The translations under genes and the position numbers were made by a program. DNA of 44,943 bases from Polyangiales bacterium (lineage in GTDB: Bacteria; Myxococcota_A; Polyangia; Polyangiales; Houyiibacteriaceae), in assembly GCA_045106895.1 (NCBI GenBank), contig JBGCFM010000171.1, positions 1 to 44,943 on the forward strand, in the 5' to 3' direction. How positions within the stretch are numbered: position 1 is the first letter of the stretch; each line of letters opens with the position of its first letter. The notes under the pieces are model-generated. The model saw only the letters and a list, made by a program, of their open reading frames with translations, made no database searches and was not told the origin of the DNA. This document shows positions 42,742-44,943 of this stretch, piece by piece.

Positions 42742-44943
42742 CTAGATAGGTCCACAGAGGACAGCCGGGATCACGCCGCGGTTGTTGCCGTTGCGGCACT
42801 CGAAGACCTCGGAGTCCGGGTCGACGACAACGACGATCTCCGGGGATTCGCCGTCGGCGATGGTGAAGGCGCAGCTGACGGAGGTGCATTCGGCGACGCC
42901 AAGGAGTCGCGGTAGCGAAGTCTCGCAGGCGATAGGCGCGCCGTCGTCGGGGTCGCCGTCGTAGAAGACCACACGGGCTCCGTCGGGGACGGGGTTGGTG
43001 CCGCGGTTGCACACGTTCGCTGTCAGGTTGGTCTCGCCTTCCGCGCCGCAGATGTCGTCGTCGAGGGCGACGGTGAGGTCGGCGGCGCCGGTGCGTTCAA
43101 GGTTGCCTTGGGCGTTCATACGGAAGTTGTTGAGGCCTTCGACGTCAGCGTTGCGGACCCACTCGCTGGTGCGCGGGATGCTGCCGTCGTCGTTCACGTT
43201 CGTCACCGAGTACGCGTGCTGGTTCCAGATGGGGCGCGACGCGGCCCATCGGTCCATACCGTCGCGGAGAACGACGATGCCGGCGCTGCTCTCAAACAGA
43301 GACTCACCCGCGAAGATAGGGTCCTGAACGGGACAGTTGGTGTTCGGCGTCATGGCGACGACGATCTCGGAGTTGAAGTCGCCATCGACGTCGGCGATGA
43401 CGGGGAGCTCGTAGCCTGTGCCGCTCGATGCGCTCTGGGAGTAGAGCACCTCACCGTCGGTTCCGCGGTAGATGCGCAAGAAGCACTCGTCGCCGTAGAC
43501 GACTTCGGCGACGCCGTCGGCGTCAAAGTCGAAGACGCTCGAGCCCGTCACGTTGGAGCTGAAGTCCTGAGACGGTCGGCTCCAGAGTACTCCGCGTGGG
43601 AGACCGGGAGCTCGATCGCAACCCGGCCCGGTGTCGCCATCGATGTCGCAGTCGAGGTCGAAGACCGTGTAACGGCTTCCGCCGGCGACGGCGAACTCCG
43701 CGCGGCCGTCTCCGTCGAAGTCGCCGATCGTTGGTGGGCCGCCGCGCCCGGCGATCTGTCCGTCTTCGGCGGGGAGCTCAAAGGGACCAAATACAATCTC
43801 GCCCATCCGGTTCATCACACGCACGGAGCCGGTGGCCGTCGACGACGACGAAGAGCTTGGCGCGGATGCGACGACGAGCTCCAGCTCACCGAGTGGACCG
43901 AGGCCTTCGAAGTCGCCGAAGTCTCCGACGGCGACGTGGCCAAAGCGCGAAGCCTCGACGGCGTCGCTGGGCGCCCAAAGGCTGTCGATGACCCAGTCAT
44001 TGTCCACCCAGTTGTATACGCCGTCGGGGTAGGCCAGCTCCGGCGTGCCATCGCCATCGATGTCGGCGACGACGGCGAAGGTCCCAAGCCGGAGGTAGTT
44101 GTCGTACGTTTGGCCGGGGTTGAGGACACAACCCTGCGCGTCGTAGACGAAGCGTCCGAAGAGGATCTCCGGGATGCCATCGTCGTCGAGGTCGTGGATC
44201 GAAGGACCGTTGTTGTTGGTCCACTCGTTGACGATATGCCGTGGTTCGCCGGCCAGTTCGCAGTTTCGGCCGTACCACCGCCGCTCAAAGGTGTCTTCGT
44301 TTCGGGCGAAGGCGATGAGGCCTCCGGCGTTCTGATTGCTCACGAGCGCCGTCGCGATGATTTCCGGCGTGCTCCCGTCGGCGTCCAGGTCGCCAATAGC
44401 GGGGTTCGATGCGTAGACAAGTCGGTCGGCCGGGTCATCAAGCGTGACGAGCGTCTCGCAGCTGCGGCCATCGACGATTCGCAGGGAGCCGCCCTCCGAC
44501 GAAAAGTTGAACGAGGCGAAGACCAAGCTTGGGGCGAGGACGTCCGGGTCGTTGTTCAGGTTGAAGTCAGCAACCAAGGGCGCGCTATACACGCTGCTCC
44601 CGCCAGTGGACGGCATCTCGGGGTCGGCCCACTCGCATTGAACCGCGGGCTCAAACGCGCCGACTTCGAGTTCACGTTCGCATTCGGGATCGTTCGTGAT
44701 CTCAGGCGGCATGCCGTAGGGCGTGCAAGAGCCTTCGTCGCAGTAGCTGTCGCCGCGGCAGTCGTCGTTGCCCGCGCACTCGCCGAGGTCGATGACGCAA
44801 CCAAAGGATGCACAGTGTTCCCCCTCGGCGCAGCACACATCGCCGCAGGTCACTAGGGGGCACTGGATGTCTGCTTGAGCAATGTCCAAGGGGGCATCCG
44901 TGCCCGCATCGCTCATGACGACGTCGGGGAGATTCGACGCATC
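42742..44943 (-). CDS. FG-GAP/VCBS repeat protein with C-terminal CARDB domain, 5' truncated by window
   Basis: Repeated DxDxDGxxE motifs, SSVFDFDADG, WNQHAYSVTN, ADLTV...VCNRG...ECRNGNN. Frame is open to the window end. Confidence 0.88.
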   Translation of the reverse strand, partial: DASNLPDVVMSDAGTDAPLDIAQADIQCPLVTCGDVCCAEGEHCASFGCVIDLGECAGNDDCRGDSYCDEGSCTPYGMPPEITNDPECERELEVGAFEPAVQCEWADPEMPSTGGSSVYSAPLVADFNLNNDPDVLAPSLVFASFNFSSEGGSLRIVDGRSCETLVTLDDPADRLVYASNPAIGDLDADGSTPEIIATALVSNQNAGGLIAFARNEDTFERRWYGRNCELAGEPRHIVNEWTNNNGPSIHDLDDDGIPEILFGRFVYDAQGCVLNPGQTYDNYLRLGTFAVVADIDGDGTPELAYPDGVYNWVDNDWVIDSLWAPSDAVEASRFGHVAVGDFGDFEGLGPLGELELVVASAPSSSSSSTATGSVRVMNRMGEIVFGPFELPAEDGQIAGRGGPPTIGDFDGDGRAEFAVAGGSRYTVFDLDCDIDGDTGPGCDRAPGLPRGVLWSRPSQDFSSNVTGSSVFDFDADGVAEVVYGDECFLRIYRGTDGEVLYSQSASSGTGYELPVIADVDGDFNSEIVVAMTPNTNCPVQDPIFAGESLFESSAGIVVLRDGMDRWAASRPIWNQHAYSVTNVNDDGSIPRTSEWVRNADVEGLNNFRMNAQGNLERTGAADLTVALDDDICGAEGETNLTANVCNRGTNPVPDGARVVFYDGDPDDGAPIACETSLPRLLGVAECTSVSCAFTIADGESPEIVVVVDPDSEVFECRNGNNRGVIPAVLCGPI

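Noticed and set aside
43108..44856. 582-aa plus-strand ORF
   Set aside because: Antisense shadow of the FG-GAP protein.

Overview
GC-rich, gene-dense bacterial chromosome segment. The gene content suggests Myxococcota, probably Polyangia (inference): HRDVSPQN-type Ser/Thr kinases, PEGA/TPR and FG-GAP proteins, a Myxococcus Cys-rich repeat, many lipoproteins and an AglS-like ExbD. About 43 CDS are supportable, and both end genes are truncated by the window. I found no rRNA, tRNA, CRISPR array, transposase or integrase. The left half holds signalling kinases, secreted hydrolases and lipoproteins. The right half is a redox/stress neighbourhood (msrB, Fos-type VOC enzyme, DNA ligase, hemerythrin, 1-Cys peroxiredoxin, aqpZ, CBS, two USPs). 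The best candidates for new biology are: (1) a tightly overlapping DUF4266 - DUF3570 barrel - two heme-motif lipoprotein operon with no ApbE or thioredoxin partner, a possible outer-membrane thiol/heme redox module; (2) a BRCT-SWIM-ATP ligase-WGR fusion with a divergent SUKH-like gene; (3) a readable regulatory grammar of leaderless TAnnnT promoters, four sigma54 GG-N10-GC promoters with GCGCA-N5-TGCGC palindromes, an ECF-type promoter on an orphan AglS-like gene and several operator-like palindromes. All family calls come from motif recognition by eye, not database searches.
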